Below the pieces are notes generated by a model, which saw only the letters and a list, made by a program, of their open reading frames with translations, was not told the origin of the DNA and did not search any database. Below, one piece after another: positions 63,501-64,000 of a stretch of DNA of 64,000 nt; position 1 is the stretch's first letter; the number at the start of each line of letters is the position of its first letter. A program made the translations under genes and the position numbers. The stretch is taken from contig NC_057752.1 in the NCBI RefSeq assembly GCF_004010195.1, positions 4,468,590-4,532,589 on the forward strand. Reading direction: 5' to 3'. The stretch is from Chiloscyllium plagiosum (lineage: Eukaryota).

Positions 63501-64000
63501 CAGTTCATACATCTTCTATAGCACGGACTGCCTCAGTTCTGTAAACATTGCACTAGTGTATAGAAAATAAAATTTGGGGTGCACACTTAAGATGGCCTTC
63601 TTCAGCAGGTAAAGGCATTGCTGAGTGTAGCATTGCGCTATACAGTCTTTTCATTGTTCCACCATTGGTAAGCTTGGCTTCAGCTGCCTGGTCCTACATT
63701 TTGGAATTCACTATCTAAACCTCTCTTCTCTCTCTTTCTTTCTATTCCTTTTAAGGTGCTTCAAAAATAAATCTACCTCTTTAACCAAGCTGGTGGTGAC
63801 CTGTCCTAATATTTTCTTCTCCAGCTCAGTATCAAATTCTCCTGTCGAGTGCCCAGTCAAGGTTTGCAGGTAAAGTGCTAAATGCAGATTGTTGCTGTGT
63901 TTTACCTCCTGTACTGGGTTAGCTGATTGCAGCTGGGGTTGTATTTCTATTAGCTGCCATAATTCACCGTAATGTCCATTGGCATGAGGTAGTAAAGTCT

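Noticed and set aside
19000..64000. Keratin exons (KRT18/KRT8 are neighbours of EIF4B in other vertebrates) and CRISPR-like arrays
   Set aside because: No keratin rod or tail peptide was recognised. The repeats are dispersed eukaryotic transposons, not regularly spaced arrays.

Overview
Vertebrate genomic DNA, very likely from a shark or ray: the repeats are HE1-type V-SINEs, HER1/CR1 LINEs and Deu-domain SINEs, all recognised from memory and not by database search. The left 18.8 kb holds the 5' half of EIF4B on the minus strand: a CpG-rich promoter at about 18.3-18.8 kb and coding exons 1-6 with canonical GT-AG sites, covering the N-terminus, the RRM and the start of the DRYG region. Exon 7 onward lies beyond the left edge. 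The remaining ~45 kb has no identifiable host gene and is dense in retroelements: a near full-length decayed L1, many CR1 fragments, SINEs, a Rex1/Babar tail, three Penelope-like (PLE) GIY-YIG remnants, a fossil PIF/Harbinger transposase split by nested insertions, and a 777-bp N gap. The most notable observations are four. (1) About a dozen tiny PLE-derived elements, mostly fold-backs, with 12-16 bp target-site duplications; most carry a minimal hammerhead ribozyme core, and one family is tied to a GIY-YIG-encoding parent in the window. (2) EIF4B intron 6 holds a candidate in-frame 27-nt microexon and a CpG/pyrimidine-rich block that could be a poison exon or an internal first exon. (3) A perfect 64-bp spacer-less palindrome. 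(4) Orphan minus-strand exon-like segments upstream of EIF4B.
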